The notes: generated by a model not told the origin, from the sequence alone. Counted from the stretch's first letter, positions 38,571 to 53,242 are shown. The stretch is DNA of 64,000 bases from Lytechinus pictus (GCF_037042905.1 NC_087251.1:5892001-5956000); one strand, 5' to 3'. Translations and numbers: made by a program.

Positions 38571-40263
38571 TATGTTGTCTGCAGTTATTAAAGTCAATCC
38601 ATTTACCCGGTAGTCATTATGTTTGAATTAGAATGTTCCTGTGTGGTTGTGCACCATACATGACTGCAGTGGACGAGATGAGTTGTATGGCAGTGTGAAC
38701 AGCAGTTGAGATATATGTTATGAATATTGAGTATGAGACCTAGATATCCCTTTTCGGAAGCTGTCAGGATTTCATCAAGCTCCAATAGACTTACCTTTAG
38801 GGGATAGATACTTGAAGTGAAAAATTACTCTACATGTAAAAAAATATATTGTATGCAGAGAGGAAATAACAGGCTAATAATGGTTATTTTAAAATTGTGG
38901 TCTAGAAAGATTTTCTCAAACATTATTTGTTTTTATTTCTTGAATAAAATGTAGCTTAATTTTGAAATGTCCTTAAGTGGGGTTAAGTGACACATATCAT
39001 TGATTTTCAACTTATTTAAAGGTTCATTTATATTTTTCTGTTTCAATTTAACCAAGATGTCATTGACCTATGAAGAAATAATTATTTTCCTATTTTTAAG
39101 GGGTTAATTGTTCTAGTCTAGAGTTGGGAGCATACCCCTTGACATAAAATATGCTTACATACCATGTGTGTATGTGTCACTTGAAATTAAGGTATGGCCT
39201 CCCTTGGTATTAGACTTCTTGAAATTATTTTCTAGCATCTGCTTCCCTGGTAATGAAAATATTATTTATTTATTTTTTTTTTTTTCAAATCATATGTATT
39301 CATTCAAGCAGACAAAGCTTTCTTGAAATAAGTAGTTCCCATCTTCCCTTCAAAATGTCTAACATGTGCCTTTGCACAAGTCCAAATTATATGATGCACA
39401 TCAATCTTTTTAAAGTTATTATTGGATTTGTAACTCTGTATATGTTGTCAGTAATGCGAAGGTCGAGTTTGTAGAAGTAGGTCAGTGAAGGATAATATGA
39501 CTGGTACCATTAAAATGAATGTTTGAAATCTCTTTGGAAAAAAATAAAGAGACAGAGGTGCAACCCTGGATAGGATTCTGAAACCCTGATCATCTGATGA
39601 CATAATTTAAGACTCCACATCCCAGAATTTGCAGTGCTTAAACTGTAATTGCTTACAGCCTCCCCCATTTTTTTTTTCTTCTCTTCATCATAACTAATTT
39701 ATTTTGAATAGATATTTTTTTTGATGGAGAAACTATATATGTCAATAAGCTTTTATGTTGAAATGGCAAGGTACTTGTACCAGGGATTATTTGATTGACC
39801 AGGCTTGATTCTTTTTTATTATTTTTCAGTTAAATATGATTTATGATTTACAAACAGATCCCTTGTGATCAGGGACAATAGAGAATGATAAAAGTTTATT
39901 CTCTCTGCTCTGGCTAGATCAGATGCATGGTAATATGATAACGCTTTTTTTAATCATTTCACTGAAAATTCCAATACCATATAAATGATTCACATTCTAG
40001 GACCTGGGAATTGAAATAATCTATTATAATTGAAGGCAAGAGAGACATTAAATTACTGCATACCACAAACATATTCTTTTTCTTCATTCCTTGAGCTAAG
40101 TTGAATGAAATATATAATCAATGCATCAATATGTGTGCAATAAACAACATGTAAATGGACACCTTTTTGCCTTCAGTACACAAGCCAACAATATCAACAT
40201 CTAAATGCATGTTTGATTAAAATGTTTTCTAGATTTGATTTATATCCATACATTCATTTGTTA

Positions 40264-40971
40264 TTTTGTCTCACCCACCAGAGGTGAAGGCGAGACTTAA
40301 GGCCACCGCACACCTTACGACCCGACTGGTCTACGACTGGCTTGCGAGTGAGTAGAGATGAATCGCAAGGAAGTCTCAACACCACACACCTTGCGATCCG
40401 ACTACCATGCTCTCTGCGACTCACGTATTTGCTTTTTGCAATAGCAACTGAGAAAATGGCACTTATTACAGCGTATGCGTGTTGTATATCATATACGCGT
40501 CGTGCAACTCTGCTGTCTGATTGGCTGGAAGTTGGATTTGAGCTTGGAATCCAGTCATAAGGATTCAACATGTAAAATCCTTACAGTTTTCCTTGCGCCT
40601 TGTCTCTGACCGGCCGGCGACTCTCAAGCTGACAAGAGCTGTGACGTCACTCAGTCGCAAGCCAGTCGTAGACCAGTCGGGTCGTATTGTGTGTGGTGGC
40701 CTTAAGGGATCCAAATGTTGTCCGTCCGTTCGTCCGTCACAAATAACTCTGCAACATTTAGTCACTTAGCAATCAAACTTAGGGGACAAGCATGTGATGC
40801 TGCAGTCAGAGGTCACATGGTAAGGTCAAAGGTCATTTTGAGGTGATTGATATGACATAACTCCTCTCTTTTGAACCAAACTTGGGTTTTAGCTGTACTT
40901 AGGAGACCTGCATGTTATTGTGTTCAGATGCCACAAGTGGGCAAGACAAAAATTGCTTATGCCTTGTTTTT
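40264..40971 (+). mobile_element. Helentron-type element, family B copy 2 (short), interrupted by a MITE
   Basis: Same 5' end as 31477 (ttttgtctc.cccaccagaggtgaaggcgagactta), resuming gggatccaaatg at 40706; gtccgtccgttcgtccgtc microsatellite; about one tandem unit; 3' gtgggcaagaca...gccttgtttt. Confidence 0.8.
40301..40701. mobile_element. TTAA-flanked MITE (Kolobok-like GG...CC ends)
   Basis: About 52-bp TIRs ggccaccgcacaccttacgacccgactggtctacgactggcttgcga / tcgcaagccagtcgtagaccagtcgggtcgtattgtgtgtggtggcc; TTAA on both sides; host element is uninterrupted at about 31510. Confidence 0.85.
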
Positions 40972-43682
40972 AATTCAGTGTGCTCCTTGTTTACAAAGGA
41001 TATTGAGGAAATTTTTTGTCGACAAAGATAAGACATTGATGGATTTTCATACATTTGAGGTTGATCGAATCAATCGTAACTCTTTGTAAGACGAGGCCCT
41101 GATGTGCATTAGCATGTGTGCTTAAAGGGAAGGGGGTGTATATAGATATATGTATGTGGATGACATTAGCCACATGAAAGGTTTCACAAGTTCAGCTCCT
41201 TAACTCATGGTAAGACAATATTAATGCATTAGACATAAAATGATGTTTTCTCTTTCATTGTATAGAATTATCATTAATGTATCATTTTTCCCTCCATTTT
41301 TCTATCAACTCTTTTCTGTTTTTACCTCTTTGTTTTGTAATTTTGATCATATTGTATGATTTTTCTATTTCATTTTCACCTATGTTGGCAGTCTTATCTT
41401 ATTATACCTTATCCTGATGAATATATTTTAGGGGTATTTTGAGAAAGGTTTGTGTGTTGGGGGAGGGTCATTGCAATGTAAATTATTACTTTGTTTGAAG
41501 GTCTTTGTATCATGCACATCTTGAAAGCAGGTTACTCATGGTCATGCATTGATCACATTCTATTAACAAGATATTTTAGTCATAACATGATTATCATCAT
41601 CTTGTGAATATTATCTGAATTAATGATACATTTAAGGAGCAAGTGGTCTCATTAAACATTATTTGCTTTGCCTCTGACACATAGTGCAATCATTTTGTTA
41701 ATGACACGTTCCACATCCCTCGATAGGCGTCATTAGCCCCCATTATCACAATAGTTTGCTCTATTTAATCTGGGACACCCAATTGCACATTTCAGAGCAA
41801 GATATAATGTTAGGATAATAGTAATAAAGATTAATGAGTGACACAATAATAAATTGAGTGGCACTAGTTCTATTCAGAAAGGACAATGACTGTATTGAAC
41901 TTGATTGAACTAAACATCAGGAGCTATATCATGCTTGTTATTGTCAATGGGTTTCATTGATTTTCAGTGAGGATTTATTTGTGCATACTATTAACTTGTG
42001 CAGCAGATGTGCATGCATTGAGATAAAATCAAGAGAGAATAATGTAAATAAAACATTTGATTAAACGACTGTCAGTCTTGAGTAATACATATCCAGAGAT
42101 GGTTAAGATAGTGAATAGTTGTATTATTTCTAACAAAATTCATGAAAATATATATAAAGTTCACCCTCACATGCAGTTATTGATTCCCACACCTGTATTG
42201 CAATATGAGAACTGGTGTGTAACTGCAGTTCTTACTTTTTTTTTAATAGTTTTATTGTAGCTTTTGAATTTTAGGTAAAGCTAAAAATAAACCATAGTGG
42301 ACCCCCTATGTTTCCTATACATCAGCCAATTTATTTATTTTCACAGCCTCAGTTGCTCCTTGTCCGTAGCTCATATTTGATCAGATACTCTGCTTGATAA
42401 ATCCTGATGTTTTACAGATAACCTCATCAAATTATTACACCACAAATGACATACTAAGGATTTAAGAACAATTCAACTATTTCCAATGGATTTAATGAGG
42501 AGCAATCATTCAGGGTAGATACCCAATATCTTCCTAATTGAGCTCTCAACTGACATAGTGTGTTGACATCCATGGCCTTACCTTGACCATCTTATTAACA
42601 TTCCCATGCCCCCTTGGATAGGGTATTAAACTCACCTGTCACTGTGATCTAGTTCATGTTGTTTAACATCATCATTGTTCTAGAAATGGGATGGCTTACT
42701 GGGTAGGCCAGGAGGGTATTACTTAGCATTACACACGTTCAATGAATTATGCAGAATTGAAGCCTTCCTTAGGTTAGATCATTAAAACTATGGTGATATA
42801 TTCCATGTTTAAAAACAAATGAATCAATTTCTGTACCTTCTTGAACTTCAAATTGTTTCCATATTGACCTCTTCAATATAAAAAAATCATTAGTTTGGGA
42901 TAAATGATGGAAACGCATTGTGCTAAAAAATGGGTATTCTTTACCGTGTTACTTTTGATGTTGTTTGTCTATAGTTTTTGGTTGTTTCTTCTCATGGCAT
43001 CATGCTTCAAACATTTAGTCTATTGCCTGAGATGAAAGAGCAAAATAAAAAGGGGGTTCCTCTACCACTACCAGGTTATGATGTCCATGGTGCTGCAATG
43101 ACAATTTTCTGCTTTCTCGTTGCAGTCACTGACCATAGTATACAGCAAAGCAAAGCAAACCAAACATTGTTTCTATTGATAATATTTTCCATGCAAGTAT
43201 TAAAGTTTTGAAAAAAATACATGTTTGATGTTTTTTGGGGAAAGTCAACAATAATTATTGGGCATGCAATAACCTGTTCAGATGAATCTAGACTTGTCAT
43301 CATGTTCCTTTTGGGGTAATTGTTAGATGGGCACTATCAATTAGAACATGAAGGCCATTATAAAACTGCATCAATGATCATTAACTGAGAACTTAGAGGG
43401 GTGTAAGTTCATTTTGTCATGAAAGGGTTATTTCCAATGAGATCTTATATAATGAGTGACATTTGATAAAAAGCCAGAAGGGTAATAACTCTTGACAACT
43501 CAAAACGACTTTAAACCACTTCTGCTCTGAACAGAGTGTAGAGAGTTTATTACATGGTTTAACCCAAACACCTACTGTTTGTTAATGATCTGTCTAGTTC
43601 ATGCTGTCAGCCTGACCCAAATCCTTCCACCTTTGAGCTCCAGAAGGACACACAAGTATTACATTTTTTATATTTATACTTT

Positions 43683-43805
43683 TTGATTGAATTGAATTTA
43701 TTTGGCATCATTAGAAATCAATGTGTCAAAATAATCTACAATCACAAAAATGATGAAGCAGGACCTCTGAAAAGCAGCAAGTGCTTATGGGTCTGGCCCT
43801 ATGAC
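43683..43805 (-). mobile_element. LINE 3' tail fragment
   Basis: Minus-strand aataaattcaattcaatcaa tail and an aagcag..gtgctt stem-loop similar to the one near 16230. Confidence 0.35.
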
Positions 43806-46800
43806 AGCACATCAAAATAAATATTGTAGGCCTACACTTATTACAAAATGGGGAAATACATTTACACAATAAATGACTTTTATTTCCTGCATATATATAT
43901 ATATATATATAATCATTTCAAGGTTTACACTTAATGTTCTTTCACACCATCTTTAAAGTATTCTAAGTATTAATTTTCAGACACTATCATAAATGATTTC
44001 TTCTGTTGATATTCTACAAAGAATGTGTAACATTCAATCATTGAGTTATGACTGTCTGGAGCCATTCCTTCTAACCACCAGCTTACTTCACTACCATTAT
44101 GTCTCCCTCTCTTGTCTGTCATTTAAAAGTCATGTGTTGGGATCTTTGTTGCTTTTTAAATGGTTTATTTGATTCATTTCCTCACCCTGATGGTTAAAAA
44201 TAATGGATGTGGTATTTTTTTAGTTTTGATTCAGTAATGACTTCCAGTTGGGTGTATTACATACCATGTTACATTCCAAAATGTTTTGAATGTTAGTCAT
44301 AATTTGAAGGCATTCAAGGTAATCGAGGGGTCGCTTTTCATTTCCTTTTTGGTAGTGAGTTATTTTAATTTCATACTCTGTGCCAAATACTGACTACATA
44401 GCCAAATAAGTAAGTGTGAAAGTTTATAAAAAAAAGTGTGTGAAAGTTGCTTCAAATGTCTACTCTATGGGTGGTCTGATAAGAAAACACATTAATTAGA
44501 TCAGTAAATCTATTGAAGAAAAAGAAAACTAAACACAAAAAGTAGTTAATGTTAATCATGTTAATGATAAGATTTCTCCATAAGTTGTTAAAAGGAGAGA
44601 GTGGGTGCTATTTACATGGTACAATAGAATAGAATGTTAAAATTTTTAGGGTTTGAGAGTTTCAACCTTTGAGCAATTTTGATTATGAAACCAAACCACA
44701 CATGAACCAGGTTACTTTGACCTCTCTCACAACTAGGGGGTAGAAAAGGGGGTGGATTATGTAACTTTGGAACTGGCTTTTCCAGATGTTGCAAAGAATG
44801 ATATCATGACACACACTGTCAGCTGCTGTGCACAGTGCATTTTTTTAAATCTGGTGTGTGGATCCTCCTACTTCATCTTTTCAGTGTCAAACTGAATACT
44901 CTACATGCAATTAAGATATCAAAAAAGTAAAATCCCAAATAAAAAAGATAAACCATTATGAACATGTTCAATAAGTTATGTAAGGCATCAACTCGAGAGT
45001 GGTAAACATGGAATTCTCAAAGAATCTCACCCAATTATCCTTTTTTTTTAAACATACTACTTCACTCTTTGAAATTTAGTTGATTGTCATGCCTATTGCA
45101 TTCAGAGACCACAAAACTATCTTGTTCATAAACCTGATTATTTACACTGTATACATCTTGCCACACGATCGATAGAATATTTTAAAATTTGGCTAATAAT
45201 AGCACACTTACTGCAAGTAACAGTTTTCCCTTAGAGAAAGCAAATCTGCTTTCAATGGGAACTATAATTGAGCTTGGATTTAGAAAAAAAAAAAAATTCT
45301 TAAAACATAAAATGGAAGATTAGTAGTGGAATGAACAGAAAAACTTTATTTAACAATATTCTTTCTTATGTTGTAGAATAATTATATTTGTGGTGTATGA
45401 GAGATGAGTCTAGTTGTTGGCCATTGCTCCCGAGAGGAGGCGAGAGGATAACCCCAAGAGGCTCGTGAATTTCTTAAAAGTGCTGTGTCATTTTTGCTTG
45501 AGTGTCTAATGAGACCACACATTTGTTTCATTATAGAAAACATAGGGAAATTATTTCCTTCCTGTACTTTTCTTTTAATCCTATTGTGGTCTAATTGATG
45601 GAAGCCAGTGGAGCAGTATATTTGTGTCTTGACTGTCTTAATCTTTCTCTCTATTCTGTGCAGAGACTCAGAATGGCACAATAACCATGCAACTTTACAG
45701 CAAGTATATTATTGCATTTACAATATAAGCTATAGTTTAAATCTATCTTGTTGGAAAATAATGTTAATTTTTAAAAATTTTCTGTGCAGATACTCCCCCC
45801 CCCCTCTCCCTCTCTCTCTGTCTGTTTCCTCCTACTCCTCTAAAGATGAATTGCCAACAATTTCAAAGAAACATCTAATGTCAAGTTGCATTTTTTAAGA
45901 AGAAAAAAACTGAAAGTCAAACTACTAAATATCATCCAATCCTCTCATGGTTTCCTTTATGCAACTATTTTTTATCAGTATCCAGCCCACTTTGCAGGAT
46001 GTCATATGTACTTTCTGAGCCAGTATATCTAGGTCTTTCACCATTCGGCCATTCAACTCTGATGTTTGCAGTCTCGTCAAAGCATATTAGTGATCCTACC
46101 CATCCCATTTCATTCTGCCCCGAGACACCACTGTATTTGTCATGCTTCTTTTCCTTTCCGCTATTATCTTGCTTTAGAATCAGAGGGACATTTTGTCATT
46201 TTTAACACAAAATTAAACCTTTCTTCCTCTGAAATGCAATTATGTCCCTCTATCTAGCTTAATTCATATTTTCTTTTCAACAAAATTTTAAAAGCTCTTT
46301 ATTTTATGAAACAGTGAGCTGTATTATTCCATTTGCTCTTAATGGTAATGTTTTCCCTTTTTTTTTTTGGGGGGGGGATATATGAAGTTATAGGTACAGA
46401 TATATTCAACACAGTACAAATATACTCTTTAAGATAGAGAGCAAAAAAAATGATGTTACTGATAGGAATAATTGTAACCATTGCAATCCCTTTATTTTTA
46501 CTAAGAAGTTGGAAAGCACTATTTTGTTTTTCTTTAATAAGGAAGTTAGTTCACATCTATTGTAGATTTCAAGCAAGTAGTGATTCACACAGATTACTGA
46601 AGTGATGTCATACAACTTTTTTTTGTGTGTATTGGATACCATGTTTTAGTGGAGCATGATGTAATACATCTACAGACTAAATTTAGAGGGAATCAGTTCA
46701 GATTCTCGAAATATTGCTGCTTGAATACGTATTTCGCTCCTTTGAAATCAGTTTGAAGTTACCTGGTTCCATGCAGATAATAACCAGGCCAATTTACACA

Positions 46801-47721
46801 TGATTTTCAGTGGGGCTCATTAGTTATTCACATGGCTATACCTTGGGTCACCATGAACCAAGTCATTTCAAATACCTTTGAGGGTTTCCTTTTTTTATGA
46901 TTCAAACAAGAATGAAATAAGATGTAGTGACAACACTTGTTGAAAGCAATGGTAATGTAGAAGAAAAAGAAAGAAAGAGAGGGAAAGTTACTATTCAAAT
47001 GGAAGAAATTTATTACTGCACTTACTAAATATCTTTGTAATTGTAAGTGTAATTTTTGAAAACTTTGCTGATAAGCAACTTTTTTTAAGTTGCATTTCCT
47101 GTGCTTTATGATTAAAAGTGAATAAATATCATATGAAATCTGAAGGAAGAAACTCTTGTCACTTCCCAAGTGATATCTAAAATTATTTTACTATAAATGT
47201 TTAACAAATTTTGTTCATACAGGAGCAAGCAAGTGTCCAGTGAGCGAGTATTATAAAATCATTTTGATTTATATTCTAAGACATATTGTGGTTCTAGATT
47301 TTTTTTTTGGGGGGGGGATTTGGGAAGGGGTGTATCCTTCATGTCATATATATATATATACATAAAAAGATCCAATTCCAAATCAAGTAAAAATGCAATT
47401 TCCATGTGTTGATCACACTCAAATGATCAAGGAAAGGAAGAGGAGATAAGCTACATCATTTCCTGTTCCAGATTGTGTCTGATAAACTAGATAGATTTAC
47501 ATAAATATATCTGTTCCTGAGAAATATTGCAAATTCAGTTTACTCCCATTTTGGAGGGGGAGGGTGGACTGTATTCTTTAATCGCAATGTATTCAAATCT
47601 TTTTATTCTCCATAATATATATTCTTCCGATGTCTGGATATTTCTTGTCAACAGGAATTTTCTACTCCGATTACTTCTGTTGATCTTTGCTGTATGCTCT
47701 AATTTTACACCATCATTTTAA

Positions 47722-50143
47722 AGGACAATTCCACTCTAACAAAAAGTTGATTTGAATAAAAAGAGAAAAATCCAACAAGCATAACACTGAAAATTTCATC
47801 AAAATAGGATGTAAAATAAGAAAGTTATGACATTTTGAAGTTTCGCTTTATTTCACAAGACAGTTATATGCACATCCTGGTTGGTATGCAAATGAGACTG
47901 ATGATGTCATCCACTCACTATTTCTTTTGTATTCTATTATCTGAATTATGAAATATTCTAATTTTCTCCTCATTGTCAAGTGTCAACATTGTCAACAATT
48001 AATTCCTCCCTGAACATATGGAATTAGCATTGTTTAATACTACAGTGCGTCCCAAAAAAAACTATACACTTTTGAAATGGCTGCCAAATAAAAGATTTAG
48101 CACTTTGGGGTAAAAGACTTATAGATATGGAAAGCCAATATAGTCAACTTTCAAATGACACCAAAAAGTTGAAAAACTATTCATGCTTGAGCGAGTACTG
48201 CCCACTGAAACAAAGGGTATGAAAATTAGGGTGGGCCGGAATTAGCCTTCCAATTTCTCTCAGGTTTTTTTGTTTGATACTTGCAAAGTTGAGGGTTATT
48301 TGGTGAATAAGAGATCAGATGTGATCAGATTGTTGTTTGTGAAAATGTAGTGCATTATTAAATTGAAATGTAATGCATGAGTGATCATGAATTGCAATTT
48401 TTAGTGCGGCATTTTGTCTTTATCATGTGGATCTCAACAATGTATTCATGACAGTCAGAAGAGGGGGGTAATATGACTTACATGTAGGTAGGTGAAGTAC
48501 GTTGATGGTATAACGCTCAACAGAACATTTAGCAACCCCTCCCTCCATCTCTACCCCCTCCCCCCCACTTCTTGAGAGACTAAGCTTGACTAGGCTGGGC
48601 AGGAATTAGCCTTACAGTTTTTTTGAGAGGTTAGTCCTTTGGAACTTACAAAGCTAAGGGTGTTCTGCTATTTATGAGTGAGATAAGGTTTGGTTTCTTA
48701 GGCAAATTTCATGAGTTACTAAATTGAAATGTTATGCATGAGTGAACAGGAATTGTAATTTTAGTGTAGCATATTCATCTTGTGGACCTCAGAAGTGTAT
48801 TCGTGAGAGTCAGATTAATGTGATGGTACATGTTACAAGCAACAGGCCGAGATATGCTAACTTGCTAAGACTTGGTTAAAAGGGCATTCCTCTTCATTTT
48901 GTCCTTTTACAAATTAAAAGTCATATGTACCCTCCCCTCTCCACCTCCATTTCCCAGCCCCCCCTCTCTCTCTTTCTCTGTCTCATTTCATGGATTGTAG
49001 CCTATTCAAAACTTAACTGCCAAGTGACCGGTGGCTGATGGTCAGTTTTTTTATTTAATGATTACCAAGAAATTTAATGATTATGGTGATTAATGAAGTA
49101 ATTTATTGAAAAAAACGAATGTTTGATTGGTCACATTGCACATTGAATGAGTTGATTTACTGATGAATTGTTGATTGAATGATTGATAGGAAAAAGTTGA
49201 TGCCCCAATTCAGAATTAATCATTAAATCAACATTCTGCTCTGGACTTCACTTGTACATGACAATAGCCATCAGTCTCTCAACAGGAGGGGAGGGCGGGA
49301 AAGAGGGAGGGGGCGGGGGCTGAATGTTCTGTTGACCCTTGTTCCATCAACCTACTTCTCCCACTTAAGTCCTATCCCCCCCTATTCTTCCGACACCCAT
49401 GAACACATTGCTGATATCCACATAATAAAGTTGAAATGCTGCCCCAAAAGAGATCCAAATGATAAAGTTGAAATGCTGCCCAGAAAGTGTAATTTATGTT
49501 CACTCATGCATTAAAGTTCAATGTAATAATTTAAAAAAATTGCTTAAGCAACCAAAACTGGTCACGGTGATCATTAATTTATCACAACGCCCTTAACTTT
49601 GCAAGTTCGAAAGGATTTGCCTCTCAAAAACTGACATAAGTTGGAAGGCTAATTCCAGCCCACCCTAATTTTCATACCCTTTGTTTCAGTGGGCAGTGCT
49701 CGCTCAAGCATGAATAGTTTTCCAACTTTTTGGTGTTATTTAAAAGTTAACTTTATTGGCTTTCTATATATGTAAGTCTTTTCCCCCAAAGTGCTACATT
49801 TTTTATTTGGCAGCCATTTCAAAAGTGTATAGTTTTTTTTGGGACGCACTGTATATGGTTCAGTCAACTTGGTCCTTACTGTCAAATCTGTTAAAAAAAA
49901 CACGAAATAATGTATAATTCAAACAATAAAAAACAAAAGAAATAGTGAGTGATTGACATTATCGACTGACTCATTTGCATGACACTGAGTTGTGCATATC
50001 ACTGTTTCATGAAAAATAAGTGAAAGTTAAAATGCCATAACTTTCTTATTTTACATTCAATTTTGATGAAATTTACAGTGTTATGCTAGTTTGATTTTTC
50101 TCTATCAATTCAAATCAACATTTTTCTGGGGTGGACTTGACCT
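47722..50143. mobile_element. TTAA-flanked long-TIR MITE (Kolobok-like), split by a nested MITE
   Basis: TTAA|aggacaattccac ... gtggacttgacct|TTAA; imperfect inverted arms of about 200 bp (aaatttcatcaaaat..atgtaaaataagaaagttatg / cataactttcttattttacat..attttgatgaaattt). Confidence 0.8.
48043..49851. mobile_element. Tc1/mariner-type non-autonomous element
   Basis: TA|cagtgcgtcccaaaaaaaactatacacttttgaaatggctgccaaataa and its inverse ending gggacgcactg|TA; TIRs of about 210 bp; internal degenerate duplication (about 48235-48455 vs 48600-48815); no transposase ORF. Confidence 0.88.
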
Positions 50144-51285
50144 TTAAGAACAGATAAAGGAACTAACATCAATCCAAAAGCTTTCCTTAAACAGATGAAT
50201 TATTTAAAAGGATAAATTATTCCAAATGTTTTAATGCTCTGTGTCTTTTAATGATATGATGACTTCACTTGGATAGTTAATTTAATGTCGGAATTTAAGC
50301 AGAATGATGAGGAGATCATGCATGGTTAGAGAAGATTCAGAGGAAAAATCTTGATTAAGATTTTGTGATTTTTACCACCATTTCATATTTTCAAAATGAC
50401 GGTTTTCAATGGTTTTTGCTCTAATTACCAATGAATTAACATTCTGCTCATTTTCATGTTAACAGATTCAGCCAATACTTCAATGAATCAACAGAAAGCT
50501 TCTCCAAATTAGATAAATAAAGATTTATTTGAAAAGGGAAAAAGGGCTTTCCATAGATTTGCAAAATAACAATTTAGAATTAAAGAAATATTTAAAGGAA
50601 TAATGCTACAAAACACTATTGCCATTTTGAGGGCTATATAGAAAGTCTTTTTTCCTTAAATTTCATAATGTACACCTTACCTGTCCAGGCAATGTTAAAG
50701 GTCATTTGGCCTCAAAACTTATCAGATCATCAAAGTGTCAGAGATATGTTGTCCAATATTGTTCCAATCCTCATATTAACATGGTTATCATTGTGACATT
50801 TATGGGTTATCTTAACATGGGATCTTTCAGTTTTTGGAGTCTGACCTGATTGCATATAATGTGTTTCTATGATATTGCATTTATATGATTCATTTTGGAT
50901 TGGTCTTTCCTTAATAAGAGGGACTGAATGGAGTTGAATAAATTGCAGATTAGAAAGGTTTGATAAGAAACTAAAAAATGACTAGTTCAGAAGATATGAA
51001 AGGATTTATATCAAGATTTCTATATCTTCTGATTTTGATGGAAGAATGCTAAAAACAAATTGTGTGTGTATGATAACAACACACTGAGATATGTTTCAGT
51101 GCCTTTGACCACACTTAATTCTAATCTTAAAAAAAACCCACACACCTTGATATGGGTTCTCATGTAGTCAGTGAACTTTCTATTGATTCCGACATTTGGA
51201 TGAGTTGTATAGTAGCATAATAAGTGTGAGATTGAATTTCTCCAATGCTTGGTCTCTCATCTACGGACCAGAATATAATCTTGAG

Positions 51286-52421
51286 CAGTGGCGTAACTAC
51301 GGGGGGGGGGGGGGGATGGGGGGGCACGTGCCCCCCCAATCGGCTGGCAAAAAAAAAAAAAAACGGGGAAGAGGAGAAAAAGAGGGAGAAAGGAAGAGAA
51401 ACGTAGTGGGAATGAAGAAATTATTGTTCATTATAATGTTATTTTATAATAATGTTATGTTATAATACATAAGAAACATTTTTTCATAACTTTATTTTGC
51501 TCAGGCCTAGATGTCTTCATTGTTCCCGGTACTCGCATTGTCTGTTTAACGTTTTTAAGTCAATATACACCAAATATATTTCCTCGCACTTCGACTTATT
51601 ATTGTTTTAGGTAGTGACATATGGTTCTTTTTCATGACTACTTAAAGTGATTGCCCCATTTTAAGGGGTTAATATAAAACATTTCCTGTCCGTGCTTACG
51701 TTCGCATTAGTAGATTGGTGAGATATGTCTGCTCTTCATGAATTCCTAAAAATCGGTCCTTAAAATGTCCCTTTTTCTGATCTGAATATCAAAAATTTTC
51801 AGCTCGCGCTTCGCGCTCGCATCATTTGCTTAGTGAAATACGTATCGTATGGTCTTAGTGAATTCTTACAAACAGGCCTTAGAATGCCTCTCTTCAGGTC
51901 TGAATATCCTAAATTTTCAACTCGCGCTTCGCGCTCGCAATATTTCATGAGTGAGATGCGTATTATCATGATTACAATGACTACAAAAAGTGCTTAATGT
52001 GTTTAGATGTAGCAAAATCAGCAAGCGCTTTGCACTCGCATTAGATGACTATGGTGAGATATGTATACTCTTAATGGATTCCTAAAATATAGTCCTTAAC
52101 ATGTCCTTGTTTGGGGTCAATATTTACAAAAATTTCAGCTCGCGCTTCGCGCTTGCATTGTTTGTTTAGCGAGACAGGTATGTATCATGATTACAAAAAT
52201 TTGCTTATAATGTCCTTTTTTGGTCTGCATATAAAAAATGTTCAGCTCGCGCTTCGCGCTCGCATTATTTGAGCAGTGAGATACATATCCGTTTAATGGC
52301 ACTGTCCTTAAAATGTCCCTATTAGGTCAGTATACCTGGCAACTGAGCGCGAAGGCGCTCACTAAGTGACTCAAAATTTTTGCTGGTGCCCCCAAATGCC
52401 GTGACTCACGGTACGCCACTG
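51286..52421. mobile_element. hAT-type MITE
   Basis: cagtggcgta...tacgccactg ends; exact 8-bp TSD ATCTTGAG (51278-51285, 52422-52429); internal units of about 110-120 bp containing ctcgcgcttcgcgctcgc. Confidence 0.9.
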
Positions 52422-53242
52422 ATCTTGAGTGATAATTCTCTTCCATGCTCTAGTAAGAGGCATCAATCCTCAAGTAATTTTCTTGCCATCTTAGAGAGGA
52501 AGCTTAGTTTTTGCTATGATATGTGGTAATATTATGGGTGAACATTCAGGATGCATTTTGAAAATAATATGATGATACATAGAAATTACCACAATATAGG
52601 AAGCATCAGAATCAGACTATATAGAGTCAACTTTATTAAAAATCACATTCCGGAAGTTTTTTGTTTCATGAGTGTGTTACATATTTTAAGAGACATTTCT
52701 TTTACAATTGAAAGCAGCAGACATTCTAGAGACGGAAGTCCTTGATTTGAGTTTGCCAGTTGTACAGTTTGCTATCTAAATCCCTTTTTACTACCTTACA
52801 GCCAAATTCATCCTGATAGTTGATTTGAACAAAGAAGCACTACACAAAATTGAATCAAGCTCAGAACCATAAAGTTATGGAATGATAAATTTGTAAATAT
52901 GTGCCCAACACATAATATACATGTGAGCGCGCTCATGATCTTGTGCATTCAGTATGTCTCATGTTTCATTATATGATATATAAAAATATTTCATTTTTTA
53001 TAGATTTGATGTTGAGAGAGCTTGCCATTGAATCACAATAATCATTGAAATTGATTTTGCATGTTCCATGGGACATTCCAGCTGTTATTGCGACTTGTGA
53101 TGGATACTGCTTTCAGTAGCCAGTGATGATCAGTAGGTAACACGTTTTACACTCTTCATCAATAGCATTTTGACATATGCATCATAATGTACTTTGCGCA
53201 TGTAGAAAGGGTTGGGGTGTCAGCTTAGAGGGGCTGCAGTAG

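Noticed and set aside
42260..42280. Possible recursive splice site TAG|GTAAAG (also TAG|GTAAAT at 56855)
   Set aside because: Imperfect donors and interrupted pyrimidine tracts; expected by chance in 53 kb of AT-rich DNA.
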